Notes under the pieces: generated by a model
Databases searched by the model: none
What the model was told of the DNA's origin: nothing
Seen by the model: the letters and a program-made list of their open reading frames with translations, nothing else
Assembly: GCF_009914755.1 (NCBI RefSeq)
Contig: NC_060927.1
Direction: 5' to 3' (one strand)
Length of the DNA stretch: 64,000 nucleotides
Origin: the human T2T-CHM13v2.0 reference genome, Homo sapiens
Part shown: in pieces, positions 24,704 to 37,668 of the stretch
Layout: each line of letters opens with the position of its first letter
Position numbering within the stretch: the stretch's first letter is position 1
Made by a program: the position numbers and the translations under genes

Positions 24704-25909
24704 TTAAGTAAGCTTTCTGATGATTCCTACCCTCAGTTACTAAGTCACTCCATGACTGCATTTTCTCAAATGAGACCTAACCATCATGGTGCAGAGACAA
24801 GCTGTCCTCGCTTACTCTTTCCAAATTCCTGACTCTGAGAATTTGTGAGCTCCCTGGTAAAATCAATGTTGTTGAATGGCTCTGTGTTTGGGGTGTTTTA
24901 TTATGCAACAGTAAACAGACACTGGGGCATTAATCCACCAATATCTAACCCTCATTTCTTGTAAAGCATTAAGTCTCTAGGACATTTAGGCTGTCTTGCA
25001 TGGCTGAGCAAATTCCTGCAGGTAGAGTATTACAGAGATTTAAGCACTTGAAGTGGGAAGATGTCAGGGTATATAGTTCCTGCTCCCTGCAGCTGCAGGT
25101 GATTGCTGAGGTAGACTGAGGACACAGGGACAGAGCAACCTCATGTGTATCTCACCTGTGGTCAAATTGCATACATTATAGAGTGGAAGATGAATATGTA
25201 AACTGATGAGCTGGAATATGCTAAATCCAATGATGGAGTTAGCATATGGCTCTTTGGCAGCTCAAAGGAGAGCCTCACTACCCCAGACCTCAAGGCATGA
25301 GGACGGTTTCCCAGAAGAACAAACTAAGTGAGTGCTTCAGCTCCCACTGCATCAGGATATAGGGAGGAAGGGAGGAGAAATTGGTAACTTCTCCAATATG
25401 CCAAACGCATCTGTAGAACAGTATTTTATGAAACATCTGTTTTTAAGATAGCATTATGGTGGCCTACAAATAAAACCTTGGTAGGTTATAATTAAGCATA
25501 TGATGATAACTGTCTTCCTTTTCTCAGAGAACAATGTCTTGGCCTGCACAGAATTGATTTAATGACCTCACTATCCTTAAAATAAGGGGATGGATACTTT
25601 TGATTTTTTGGTGAGTAAATGAAGGTAATTTGCTCTCTCCTACTGATATTCTATAAATTCCTTCTTAATTCGAAGGGCATTATTTTTTTCAAAAAAAATT
25701 GAATATAAAGAAGGGGAAATAGAAAAACATCATTCTCTGGCTCTCCATCTGAATATAATAGATTTAATAAACAGTACTTTCTTTAACTAAAATTCTGATG
25801 CCCTATAAATCAATTTTTCTGGCAATATCTGCAATGCTGAACAAACTTGTGTGTGTGTTTTGTGTATATTTTCATGTGAATAAATTTTTTAGTGGTTTGA
25901 CTTTTTGAT

Positions 25910-26255
25910 TTTTCATAAATTTTTATTGAAGTATGACATACAGAGAAGTACACAAGCATTGCAGCTCAATGATTTTTCACAAATTATACACATTCATGTA
26001 ACCAACAGCCAGATCGAGAAACAGAATGACCATCCCAGAAATTTATTTTGCTGTCATTTCTAGGCAATCCCTCCTCAAAGGTAATTCCTATCCTGATGTG
26101 GGGCCATAGGTTTAACTTGGGGCCATAGGTTTAACTTATGTGCTTTGAGAACTATACAGATAGAACCATACCATGTGTGCTTATTTGGGTCTCATTCCTG
26201 CCACTCAACATTATGTCAGTGAGATTCATCTATCTTCTGTATTGTTGTTCATTAG
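25910..26255 (-). mobile_element. L1ME 3' end remnant, with perfect 19-bp tandem duplication at 26099-26136
   Basis: ttttattgaagtatgacatacagagaagtacaca...cagctcaatgatttttcacaaa...ccactcaacattatgtcagtgagattcatc. Confidence 0.75.
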
Positions 26256-26984
26256 ACTTTGGTTGTTTGACTTTAATGGCCACGAATTAAATTTTTCTTT
26301 CACTGGAAAAATCAGGAGGTTCATGATTATTATCTGACATCCTGACATTCTGCTTCCAACTGAGGAGACCTTTTATTAGGGGGGAAAATAAGACTTTTCC
26401 GAAATGGCAATGCATTGCAGTTAGTGTTTCCTCCGGAAATTTGGCAAGGGTGTAGGAAGGGGAGTGTATTAGCCATTCATAGGACTTTGTCCTCAGATGC
26501 CTGAATTTTGTAGCTGAACAATTCCCATTGTAAGATAGAATTAATGCTGTTATATTATTTTTGTGTATGAGACCATGTTAGAAATGTAAAAGCTTGAGTT
26601 TAAAATCAGAGTACCACCAGAGAGGTTTATTTGCTTGCATTTTCATAGTTTGAGTTCATCATCTCTATTAGGGCTGGAAATTTGGGGCCAAGGATGAGGG
26701 AGAAGGTCTTTCTTGGTATGAAACATTTCAATAACTCTGAAAAAATGGGGCAGAAAGGTAACCTTAATTTAGCAATTTTATTAGTAAGTTCTACCACACT
26801 GTAATGAAACTGCAAGATCTTCATCTTCCTTGCTCAGAAAGTAGTGACATACTGAGTTGAGTCTTATTCAATAGGGGAAATAAGATATTTTAAAATGCGT
26901 AGACAATTGAAAAAGCAATCTCTCTAGGAATTTGTCTCAGGAGAAAGTGGGCAACCATTTGCTAAAGAGGCATAGGCAAGACTT

Positions 26985-27470
26985 TAATTTGTTAACAAGC
27001 TGGGTAACTCTATGACTGTAAGATGAGAGTACAATTGTATCTGCCCCATAGGATTCTGGAGATACTTAAATGAGGTGGTCCATGTAAAGGCATGACCAGA
27101 AATCTTGACCATAATAAAGTCCTCAATAAATGTTGGCTACTATTGTCAGAATAATGGTGAGTGAATGGTTAACCTGGAAAAGTTAGTGGGATCATGGCAG
27201 TGATCTCATTAGAAATAACATTTCTACAGATGATTATGTGCAAGTTGGCACATAGCCTGGTACAGTGGGAAGGATGTTGCTTTAGAACTGAGGTACCACT
27301 GTTTTGTCTTATAACTGACTTTTGGCAAATCACTTAACCTCCTTGATACCTCCTTCATCTCTTTCTGCATCTCCTTGATGGAGAAAATAATCGCTACCTT
27401 TCAGAATTTGTATGAAGCAAACATAAAAAGTGATCTGAAAATGTCTGGCACATAATGGAAATCTGGCAGA
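26985..27470 (+). mobile_element. two MIR remnants (~26985-27145, ~27250-27470)
   Basis: ttaaatgaggtggtccatgtaaag...cctcaataaatgttggctact; ctttggcaaatcacttaacctc. Confidence 0.55.
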
Positions 27471-27920
27471 AGTTAATTTTCTTCCCAACAGGCTTTATGA
27501 TTTTAGACTAGAGGATGGAATGGTGATCAGCCAGGGAAAGTTTAGATTTGGTCCAAAAACTGTTATCTGTAATGGGTTTCCTCAAGAGAAATTGCTGGCT
27601 CATTGTGGAAGTTGACTAAGTGCAGTATTTCAGATAGAAAACAAACTGAGTGAACTATTTGACCCCTTGTCCTTTACCTAACATGGAGTGATGAAAGTAT
27701 TCATACAGGCTTATAGAAAGTTCCTTCGGAATCACTCAAGCCACAAGCAGTTTTTAGTAAATGCCAGTATCCATTAACCTGGTCTATAGCAAACACTAGT
27801 GACCGGAAGATGCACCACAGACACGCAGATCCTATTTTTGGCTTCTGCCTATCTCTTTGGCTGAACATTGTTTCTTCTGTAATTTGAGGTGGTGGTAGTC
27901 TATGTTGGTTTTCTTAGTGA

Positions 27921-28329
<409 letters not shown>

Positions 28330-28420
28330 CATTTTCCTTTAACAAAAAAAAAAAAAAAACAACTTTCACTGTGCAGAGTGTAAAGTGAGAAGGGAAATGG
28401 TGGAATGACTTTGAAGGTAG

Positions 28421-28819
28421 TGTTAAGAAAAAAAATTACTCACGACATGTTCTTTAGCAGCACAGAGGAGTCGAGTATAACTTCAAATACAACAAAGATT
28501 TATAGCCAAGAAGCAGGGTTGGAAGCAGTGGATGGAAAATTACTAAGAGGAAACATCAGGGGTAAAGGGGATTCTGGCGAAACCAGTTGGACAGACAGGA
28601 TCCTTGCTGAAGGCAGGCCGAGGTGATGACACATTGAGGATGGGGGATAGGGAATTTAATCGGATATCAAATATGGGGGATTTTTGCTAAAGTGACACAG
28701 CAGGAGTCCTGCTAAAACTGGACTAAACTGGAAAAGGGCAGAGCCCAAAGCTGGGCTTGTCACAAAGGGAGCTCAGAGGAGCCAGACTTAAGTTTGATCA
28801 AAGAAGAGAGCCTTTGTCA
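28421..28819 (-). mobile_element. MER31A-like ERV1 solo LTR
   Basis: gatggaaaattactaagaggaaacatcaggggtaaaggggattctggc...gagctcagaggagccagacttaagtttgatcaaagaagagagcctttgtca; TG..CA ends, 4-bp TSD GTAG. Confidence 0.82.
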
Positions 28820-30443
28820 GTAGTAAAGGAAATAAGAAAGATTTCTTCCAGTCAATTCCTTCCTGCCTTCTTCCAGGAAGGGGTTAGAAGTCATCCATCC
28901 TGTGGACAGGGAGGACACACCACCTCCTCTGTGAGACAGCACTGGGGAAACAATGAGACCTCAGAGGGAAGATGCCTGGAAGACATGAAGTAGAGAACCT
29001 GTGGAACTGAGGTTTCCAACATCAGTTGGCATTTCCATTAACAGAAGCAGCAGTCAGCAGTCCTCGAGGAGCTGAGCAAGTTCTGCCAATGGACCGCTCA
29101 TCATGAATTGGTGAGGACCAGTGACCCAAGTCCCTGAGAATCCCTAAACTGTGATGGGGCAGCCTCTATATGGCTGAGATCAAATTTTCCATCAGTCTGG
29201 TGAGATAAAATCTGGTGTCTGGTTTATGCTGCTGGTTAAAAAAATAAGGAAGTGTAATTATTTCTATATTACCTAATTTTGTAGCTATAAAATCATGCCT
29301 TCCACAAATATAAACCCATTTGAGAGTTTGCAGTCTAAGATGATCGTCTCTGGGTCTCTCATAATGATTAGAAAATGTTTCCATGTTAACCCAGTCAAAG
29401 GTGAAGACAGAGAGACACTGAGAGATATTAAGGGATTGATCCAGCCTCACCATCAGTGGAGACCAGGTGAGTGAAAACCATAACTCTAGATTTCCTAGCT
29501 CATAATTGCTCCCTCTCCAGGTTTGAGCAATGCTGTCTCAATATGATAGCCATTATTTCAAGCAATTTTTTATTTCTATTCATGTTATTTACAGAAACCC
29601 GGTGGAAGATGGAAATATAGCTGTGCTCCACTAGTGCCTTTTAGATTCTTGCTTTCCATCCTTCCTTGCAGAGCTTCCACATTGCTTCTGCATGATTCTG
29701 AGAACAGGAGGCTTAGAGAAAACGATTAATGATTGAAAAAGATTTTAGAATCCTGAGATGAAAGTGTTTGATGAGCCTGAAGTGTCACTCCTTGAAGGAT
29801 TACCTCTTTTTATGCTTTGGCTGCCACTTGGCGGTGTTTAAGGGAAAGGCTGATTTCAGAAATTGATCTCTCTCCCCTTTGAACAAGCTAAAGTGGGCAG
29901 AATTGAAAAGGGATTTGAGTCTGCTGCCAGCGGCCTTGTTGTGGCCTGTTATCACCCCTGCATGAGGACAGTCTCTCGGGGTTGACTGGCCTTGGAGCAG
30001 TTAATGAAGCCACCTATAGGGTCACCTTAATCCCTTTGCTGCTGCAACTTGCACACTTGAAGCTGAGTGAGAGAGTGAAGCTCCTGAGAAGGTAGGAAAA
30101 GGGGCAGTTGCCCAGCTACATGCTGCCAGGCCCCCTCAGCCCTGCCATTGGCCAGGCTGCTCCCAAGTCTTGTGACAGCCTGGCAGTGGGGCTCATACCA
30201 TGGGTCTCTGATGAGAAGGCAATGGGCCTGGATTGGGGGAATAGGAGGAGAGAGAGTCTATACGAGGACAAAATGGACTCCAGGAAGATGCCCATGGTCT
30301 CTGAGTCACTACTGGGTGAGAAGCCTCTGTGCCATCCTCACAAGCCATGATGCCCAGAAGGCTGAACCTACCTGTCTTTCTTTAACATTATCACATCCCT
30401 CATCTCATATCCACTTGCTTGACTTTGACAGCTTCTCTTATTA

Positions 30444-31630
30444 CAGTCATTTACTGCATAGTGACCTTTTGATCAATAGCAGGCCACATAGATGGTGGTG
30501 GTTCCGTAATTTTATTGTGGAGCTAAAAAATCACTGATGCCGCAGCCATCTTAACATTGCAGTGCAATGCATTACTCATGTGTTTGTGGTGAAGCTGGTA
30601 TAAACAAACCTAATGCATTGCCAGTTATATAAAAGTATAGCACATACAATTACATATAGCACATAATACTTGATAATGATGTTACTGGTTTATGTATTTA
30701 CTATACTGTACTTTTTATCATTATTTTAGAACGTACTCTTTCTAACTTGTATATTTTTTAAAATCCAGGTGGGTCCTCCAGAAGTATTCCAGAAGAAGGC
30801 ATTGTTATCATAGGAGATGACATTTCCATGGATGTTACTGCCCCTGAAGACCTTCCAGTGGAAGAAGATGTGGAAGTGGGAGACAGTGATATTGATGACC
30901 CTCACCCTGTGGAAGCCTAGACTAATGTGTGTCTTTGTGTCTTCATTTTTAACAAAGAAGTTGAAAAAATAAAAATAAATTTAAGAATTTAGAAATTGAA
31001 AAAAGCTTATAGAATAAGGATATAAGGAAGAATATTTTTATACAGCTATACAATATGTTTGTGTTTAAGCTAAGCTTTATTGTGAGTCAAAAAAGTTTTA
31101 AAAATTTAAAAGTTTGTGAAAAAGTTATGGTAAGCTAAGGTTAATTTCCTATTGAAAAAAATAAATGTAAATACATTTAGCGTGGCCTAAGTGTACAATG
31201 TTTATAAAGTCTACAGTAGTGCACAGTAATGTCCCACACCTTCACATTCACTCACCACTCACTCACTCACGGACCCACCCAGAGCAACTCACAGTTCCTG
31301 CAAGCTCCATTCATGGTAAATACCCTATACAGGTGCAACATTTTTAAGCTTTTATACTGTATCTTGTACACATATTTTTACTGGAACTTTTGTATGTTTA
31401 GATACATAAATACTTATCACTGTGTTATCATTGCCTATGGTACTCAGTACAATAACATGCTCTACAGGTTTGTAGCCCGGGAGCAATAGGCTGTACCATA
31501 CAGCCCAGGTGTGTAGGGGCTATACCATCGAGGCCTGTGTAAGTACACTCTATTATGTTCACACAATTACAAAATTGCCTGATGATGCATTTCTCAGAAT
31601 GTATCCTCATCATTACATGATGCATGACTG
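30444..31630. mobile_element. Tigger3b, apparently complete non-autonomous element
   Basis: TA|cagtcat...atgactg|TA termini; internal gaagaaggcattgttatcataggagatgaca...cccctgaagaccttccagtgg. Confidence 0.9.
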
Positions 31631-31669
31631 TATTTTGGTTTATGCTTCCCAATGTCTCTTAATAGAAGA

Positions 31670-31810
31670 TTGTTAGAGTTTGAAAGGATCTCAATAATCA
31701 CTCGCACTTCTTACTTTATAGAAGGGAAAAATGAGGAGTGTAATTGATTAGTCAGGCTGATGAAAGAGTCAGGAACGTGAGTTTGGATGTTCTGACTCCT
31801 CTCCAGGTCT
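31670..31810 (-). mobile_element. MIR remnant
   Basis: gttagagtttgaaaggatctc...ttttatagaagggaaaaatgagg...ttctgactcc. Confidence 0.5.
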
Positions 31811-31827
31811 CCTAATAGGGTGCTCCA

Positions 31828-31984
31828 CCTTCCTCCCTTCCCTCCCCTTCTTCCCCCTCCTCTTCCCCATTCCTCGCCCGTTCCCCTTACCTGATTTCTC
31901 TACTTTCTCTCTCTCTCCCATTCTCTCTTTCTCTCCATCTCTCTCTCTCTCTCTCTTGCTCTTGCTCTCGCTCTCTCTCCCCCA
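31828..31984. repeat. C/T-rich low-complexity tract with (CT)n
   Basis: Direct inspection: polypyrimidine/polypurine tract. Confidence 0.85.
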
Positions 31985-32149
31985 CGTACACAGTGGTATT
32001 AGGAAATAGGAAATCAGAGTTCTTGTTCTGAGTCTGCCAAGGAACGATCATGTGACTTGCTGAAAGTCATCCAGTCTCAGCACTTGTTTGACCATCTGTA
32101 AAATGAAGGTGCTGACTAAAGAGTCTCAGTAACAGTGACAATTCCATGT

Positions 32150-32530
32150 GTTCACAAAACGCAGCTCTTTTCCTTCTGGGCATGTGGGAAAACTACATTT
32201 TCCAGCTTTTGCTTTATTATTTGGGGCCAGATAATTGAGTTTTGACCAGCGTAATGGTGGAGGTGGCATATCTCACTCCAAGACTTGAGAGTAATGCACC
32301 CTGACAAGGCCTCCTCACTCTTCTTTCCTTCTGTGTGACCTTGGAGAGCAGGTAGGAAGTTGGAAGTACTGCAAGATGGGGAATGACTGTGGACCATTGT
32401 GTCACCTGCCACCACATGCCCCTCCTTCACATCCACTATTTTGGGCCACGGCATGAAAGCACTAAACCTTTGTTAAGTTACTTTGAATTAGGGATTGTTA
32501 TAGCAGTTAACACAACCTAACTAATAAAAA
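32150..32530 (+). mobile_element. MLT1I/J-like LTR remnant, preceded by MIR (~31990-32150)
   Basis: gggaaaactacattttccagc...ttttgaccagcgtaatgg...gattgttatagcagttaacacaacctaactaata. Confidence 0.55.
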
Positions 32531-33939
32531 TATGTAAGGCTGCTCAGAGAGTTGAATCTCTAAGATTCTGTGAATCAGTGTTACTTGATTTTATTCTCCT
32601 TCCTTCAATGTTTATTAAGCAACTACAATGTACCAGGAATTGTCTTAAGATATAATCCCTCACTTCTGTCAACTCTAATTCAAAGATGATTGGAAAAATT
32701 TTAGTATATGAGTTTGCCTTTGATTACTGTTTTTCTTCCTACCACGGTGGTAAAGAGGATGCTGGGAGAAAAGACAGTGGTAAAGAGAAAGCTGGAAGAA
32801 AAGGCTTTCAATTGCCAATATCCAGCACCATTCTGAGAAAGTCTCAAAGCAATTATTAAGTACCAATGGGCCAGTTACAAAAGAATGAGAGGCAGAAGTG
32901 TTTCTAATGATGGGGCTGGTGAGAGCTAGCTGAAATGATTCAGCGCTATCCACTCCAGGGGACTGGACTATGGGACTCCATTTAGAAATACCTCTATTGG
33001 GCCCTTTGGGTTCTTTGGAAAACATCTTTAAATCAGGCCCATGGACAAGTACTATCTGTCCTCATTAGAATTGTCAGTTCCCTACCCGCTGGGATGCCCA
33101 CTCCTACTCTTGAATTCTTTAGGTACATTTTTCTTCTCAGCATTGCAGCTCAGCACATCCATCTGGCCAGGAAAAGAATATAATAGGGCATATTTTCAGC
33201 ATGACCAATTAGATGTGCAACTTCCATTAACAACAACAGGACTTACACTCCAGATTCTTCCTCCATAAATCTGGCCTTTCCCCTTATGAGCAACAGATGG
33301 GTTTTCCACAATGGCTCATTACCTCCTGGCTCGGCTCTGCTGCCAGAAGTGAAATATAAAGTTATTTATGGATGGAGAATGATGCGTAAGTCACTGTGGA
33401 TTATTTTCTGCCATCCTTTTTCATTTATTTAGTTAGAGTTTTCTATTCCTCAAGATGACAAGTTAGAGAAGATGGTGGTGTCCCTACTGGGAATGAAGAT
33501 GGATGTCCCTTCAGCTTGGCTACTCTTCCTGATGGCTACAGATCTCTGGGGTGATGCTGCATTTCCCACAAGAAATAGTAATTGGGATATTTCCATAGAG
33601 AAGACACCCATTCCTCAAAAGATTCTCCAGCCCCTGACAGGCCATCTCTGTGAAATTTGGTCAGTGGGGGCACAAGTCAGTGCCACTTAACTGCACGTGA
33701 TACATTTGAGAAAAAAAGAAAAATTGCTTTTTTAAGGAATGCCAATATTTCTCACCACTTGACATCTCAACCAGATAAAGATTATTCCTCTGTCAGTTGG
33801 GGGAGAAGACTGGGGGCCAGTCAAAAAGGCTGCCATGCTAAGCATAAGTACACAGTAAAAAGATAAAACTCTGTGAAGAAAATAGAGGTGGGTTAAGGAT
33901 CTAGAAAGTAGCTCTGAGGGTAACACTCTCAGATTTTGT

Positions 33940-34150
33940 GAATGTGAAGCAGGCTGTGCCATGTGAATAGACTCTGATTCAGTCCAGTCCTGCCCTGGGC
34001 CATTCCTTAAGTGCTCTGTGCCTCAGTTTCTTCATCTCTAGAGGAAAATAATAATAATAGGAATGATAGTATAAGGATTAAATAAATTAATATTTGCAAA
34101 GCACAGACAATAGTGCCTACCATATAGTAGGTGCTATAGCTGTTTGTTAC
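33940..34150 (+). mobile_element. MIR
   Basis: ctctgtgcctcagtttcttcatct...aggattaaataaattaatatttgcaaagcac...atagtaggtgct. Confidence 0.8.
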
Positions 34151-34349
34151 ATAAAGGAATTCAACCCAGCAGTGGATTTTAATTGCTTTGTTTTCTTATG
34201 TGCTTCAATGGGGCTGACAATTATAGGAATCTATTGCCCCTCAGGCCACAGGAGTGGATACCTCATTCAAACTAAGTACTTTCTTAGGATTTTAAAAATG
34301 GGTACAAGAGAAAGATGCTCCGTCCTCTATTAAAATTTGGTTAAAAATT

Positions 34350-34643
34350 TAGACACCTCCAGAAACCATGCACCTTGCACCATGTGACCTGGAAAAAGCT
34401 GATTAGCAATAGAAGAGATGAATCCAACACAGAGGAAGGCAGAGACAAGAGATAAGAAAGAGAGCCCTAAGCAGTGTTCCAGAGGCTGGTTTCATTGGTT
34501 TCTAAGGGAACTATATCCATGTTCTTGTTGCAGCTTGATTCCATGAATCAAAGTATTCCCCTTTCTGGGACAGGAGGAAGGACATAATTGGTTCAAGTTA
34601 GGTTTCTGTCACTCACAACAAAAGACCAAAATGTACTGAAACA
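34350..34643 (+). mobile_element. MLT1K-like LTR 3' part
   Basis: aacacagaggaaggcagagacaagagata...caagttaggtttctgtcactcacaac. Confidence 0.55.
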
Positions 34644-34904
34644 GAAACAAAACAAAAAAAAAATTACTGGAAAATACAGTTCCCAGTTCCCTGTGCCATT
34701 CCCCTCTCCCCACAACACATGTACAAGAGATATAGAGATGGGGAGAGGAGCAGGAGAAGGAGGAAGAGGAAGAAAACAGAGAGAAAGAGAGAGTGAGAGA
34801 ACCACCAGCACCATGTGCACCATGAGGTATGGGAAGGGTGAAGGGTCATTTTAAGAAGTATATCTAACAGATAAGAAATCCTTTGTATTTCTATAGCCCA
34901 AGCA

Positions 34905-35235
34905 TGAGAATAACAGAATCAGAAAATTCCAGAGCTAGGAATTACCTCACAGGTTTTATTCAGATTATGTGATTGCATTTCAAACTGTCTGGGTGTTAAC
35001 TGAGCACAGGGAAACCACTTCTGACCTTGCCAGAAGCTCTATTGGTGAAAGCACTTATTCCTCACATTGAAGCAAATCTGACTTCACAAAGTATCTCCTT
35101 ATGATTCCTAGCACATCCCTATGGAAAACATTAAGTTTCTTTTCTCATTCACATGACAGGATTAAAATATTTAAACATAGTTTTTATTTTCTCATCAATT
35201 TTTTCTTCCTTGGGACAAACATCCCTACCAGAACA
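34905..35235 (-). mobile_element. L3/CR1 remnant
   Basis: agaatcagaaaattccagagctagga...gctctattggtgaaagcacttattcctcacattgaagc...ttcacatgacaggattaaaatattt. Confidence 0.5.
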
Positions 35236-36149
35236 TTTTGTTGAATATTAATGAGTTATAAACTTTAGGACACTCGAGAGTCAACAGGGTTAGTAAAAAT
35301 AATGTTTGCTTGAAATCTGAAGTATTATACTAAAATGTGGCAAGGCTCATTGGAGCCTATTACCTGGAAAAAACCCCAAAAGATCTTAGGCCTGGAATAG
35401 CCATTCAGCAAAAAGAATGGAGCATTGCACAGTTGCCCTTCCGGGTACTGATGACCACAGACCACGAAACCAGGAACTAATTTCTAAGACATGAACCCAA
35501 TTTCCTTTTTTCTAGGTCAATTTCCTTTTGAATTGACACTAATTAAGACAGACATTATGCTAAATGGCATTCTGTATTTGGAAAAATTGAGTTTTTATTT
35601 AGATTTTATTTTGCAGGGAATCTATTGAAATGCTACCTCTTTTACCTTTGAAACAGTTCTAAATGAAAAGAACACATTATTGAAATCTAATTTCCTGGAC
35701 TGAGAGGAGAAATTAAATACTAAAACATAGGAAACTTCTCTCTCCATCTCAAGTTTCAGTCCTGGAGGACAGATTCTAGTTAGCATTTTACTCCTGTTTA
35801 TAAAGCAGAAGTAATAAAATAACTCTGACTGGTCTTTAAAAGAGTATTGCAGCCAATAGAAAAGACAGGCCTGTTACAACTTTTAAAATAAAATGAGAGA
35901 AAAAGGGAAAGAACAATTGCCTAGAGCAGTTATTGCAGTTAATACATTGTCACTGTAATATTGGAGGCTATAGGAATTACCACTAGACATCCTGGAAGTC
36001 TTAATAGATTTCCAAATTTTTCTGAAAGACTGCATCTGGAACAATTAAAATATAGGTTAACTTTTGCCATCTTTTATTTAAAAAGCAGTAGTTACATGTG
36101 AAGTTTGGAACACCAGCAAACATTGTATTTGGATCACATTGACTTAACT

Positions 36150-37320
36150 CTTTTTATCAGTTAATCATTGCCACAAAAATGCTGCTCAATTACAATCAGA
36201 TACCATTGCACATTTCTATAAATGGCTAAAATTGTACAATCTGACAATATAAAGTGTTAGTGAGGATGTAGAGCAACTGGAACTCTCATACAATCCTGGA
36301 GATAATGCAAAATGGTATAGCCACTTTGGGGAATAGCAGTCTCTTATATACTTTTGTATGATCCAGTGATTGTACTCTTAGGTATTTACTCAAAGCTAAG
36401 TGAAAATATGTTCATATCAAAAGTTGCACATGAGCTTTACAGCACCTTTATTCATACTGCCCCAAACTGGAAACAACCCATCATCCATAAGCTGCAGAAT
36501 ATATAAACAAACTGTGGTGCAGCCACACAATGGGATACCATTTAGCAATTGTAAGCATAAATTACTGATAAGTGCAACAATATGAATTTATCCCAAATGG
36601 ATTATTCTAAGTAAGGGCAGACACAAAATGCTACATACTGTATGATTCTATCTAGATGATAATCTGGTAAAGGCAAAACTATAGAGACAGAGAGAAGATC
36701 AGGGACTGATAGTCACTGGCAGTAGTAGAGGGGACTGGCTGCTAAACATAAATGAAGGAACCTTTGAGGTGATAAAAATGTTTTATGTCTTGTTTGTAGT
36801 GGTGGTTAGATGCCTGTTTACATTTTTCAGAATGTATAATACGGTATACCAAAAGAAAGGATTGTCTTGCCTATAAATGATATCTTTGAAAACCTCACTT
36901 ATAAAGTTCTGCCCAATAAACCACTCCGAAAGGTAGTGCCTTAATATACCACTTGTCTAGGATGTGTGAGTTGGCATTTTGGGTTTTGGACTTGGCGGGA
37001 TACAGATGTGGCAGTTCTGTTTCTTTCTACAAGCCTGAAGATTTGGGTCTGATCTAAAAGTCTCATCCTCCTTCGGCCTTCAGGATACGTGGGACATGTT
37101 CTTCTCATGCTGGTGGTAAAGGCACAACAGAATAAGCCTACCCACAGAATATTTCAAGTGTTTGCTTGCATTACATCTGCTAAAATCCTTTTGCAAAAGG
37201 AAATCACGTGACTTGGCCCAAATTCAAGAGGCAAGAAAGTAATGCCCACCGCTAATAGGAAAGACCTGCATGGCAATGTGAAAATGAAGTATTGGAATAA
37301 TAACCTAGTCTTACCAAAGG
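36150..37320 (-). mobile_element. MLT1I/J-like LTR split by an L1M insertion
   Basis: tatcagttaatcattgccacaaaaatgctgc | ccaataaaccactcc...; acatctgctaaaatcc...atcacgtgacttggcccaaattcaagagg. Confidence 0.6.
36190..36905 (+). mobile_element. L1MB/L1ME 3' fragment
   Basis: gtgaggatgtagagcaactggaactctcatac...ccaaactggaaacaaccca...ctacatactgtatgattc...aggcaaaactatagagacag. Confidence 0.8.
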
Positions 37321-37582
37321 CTCTTTACTGAATTACAATTTAATAGTATATCCTTATGTTTCTTTAAGGATGGCAAGAAATAGTATAAAATCATTTTTAC
37401 TTTTTCTGCATTATTACTACTAAAGATTTGTTCTTTAGAATTTAGAGTAGAAATGATACTCCATTTTGTGAAAAATAATATAGTTGCTTTTACCAGGCAA
37501 TTAAAAGCCTATGATTCATTTTGATTTCTTTTCACATTGGTTACCAGGAAGCTCAAAGCCAATTCCACTGCTCAGTTGAGAC

Positions 37583-37668
37583 AATAATATTCCATGTTAT
37601 TATGGATATTACCCATATTATTCCATGTTATGGATATTATCCATATTATTCCATAATATTCCATGTTC
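37583..37668. repeat. short quasi-palindromic tandem repeat (tattccat/atggata motifs)
   Basis: Direct inspection; ~28-31-bp duplicated unit containing hairpin tatggata-t-tatccata. Confidence 0.75.

Larger units (their letters stand above)
23062..24918 (+). mobile_element. MLT1F/G/H-like LTR interrupted by L1PA
   Basis: gtgacttcagagactgga...tgctcacttttagaactctgcctccatgttgtgagg...; resumes gatgattcctaccctcag...ttttattatgcaacagtaaaca. Confidence 0.65.
22808..25140 (-). mobile_element. LTR16/LTR33-like ERVL LTR (segments ~22808-23060 and ~24920-25140) split by MLT1 and L1PA
   Basis: cccagaagcattctgtaaggcaaggacttgggtgcag...tttggaaggtgatcctaggaag. Confidence 0.55.

Noticed and set aside
23639-24711. 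Apparent protein-coding ORFs with real homology
   Set aside because: Fragments of L1 ORF2p in a truncated, inverted, promoterless copy
30108-30537. GC-richer ORFs of 80 and 129 aa
   Set aside because: Non-ATG starts, no recognisable domain, and the longer one runs into Tigger3b
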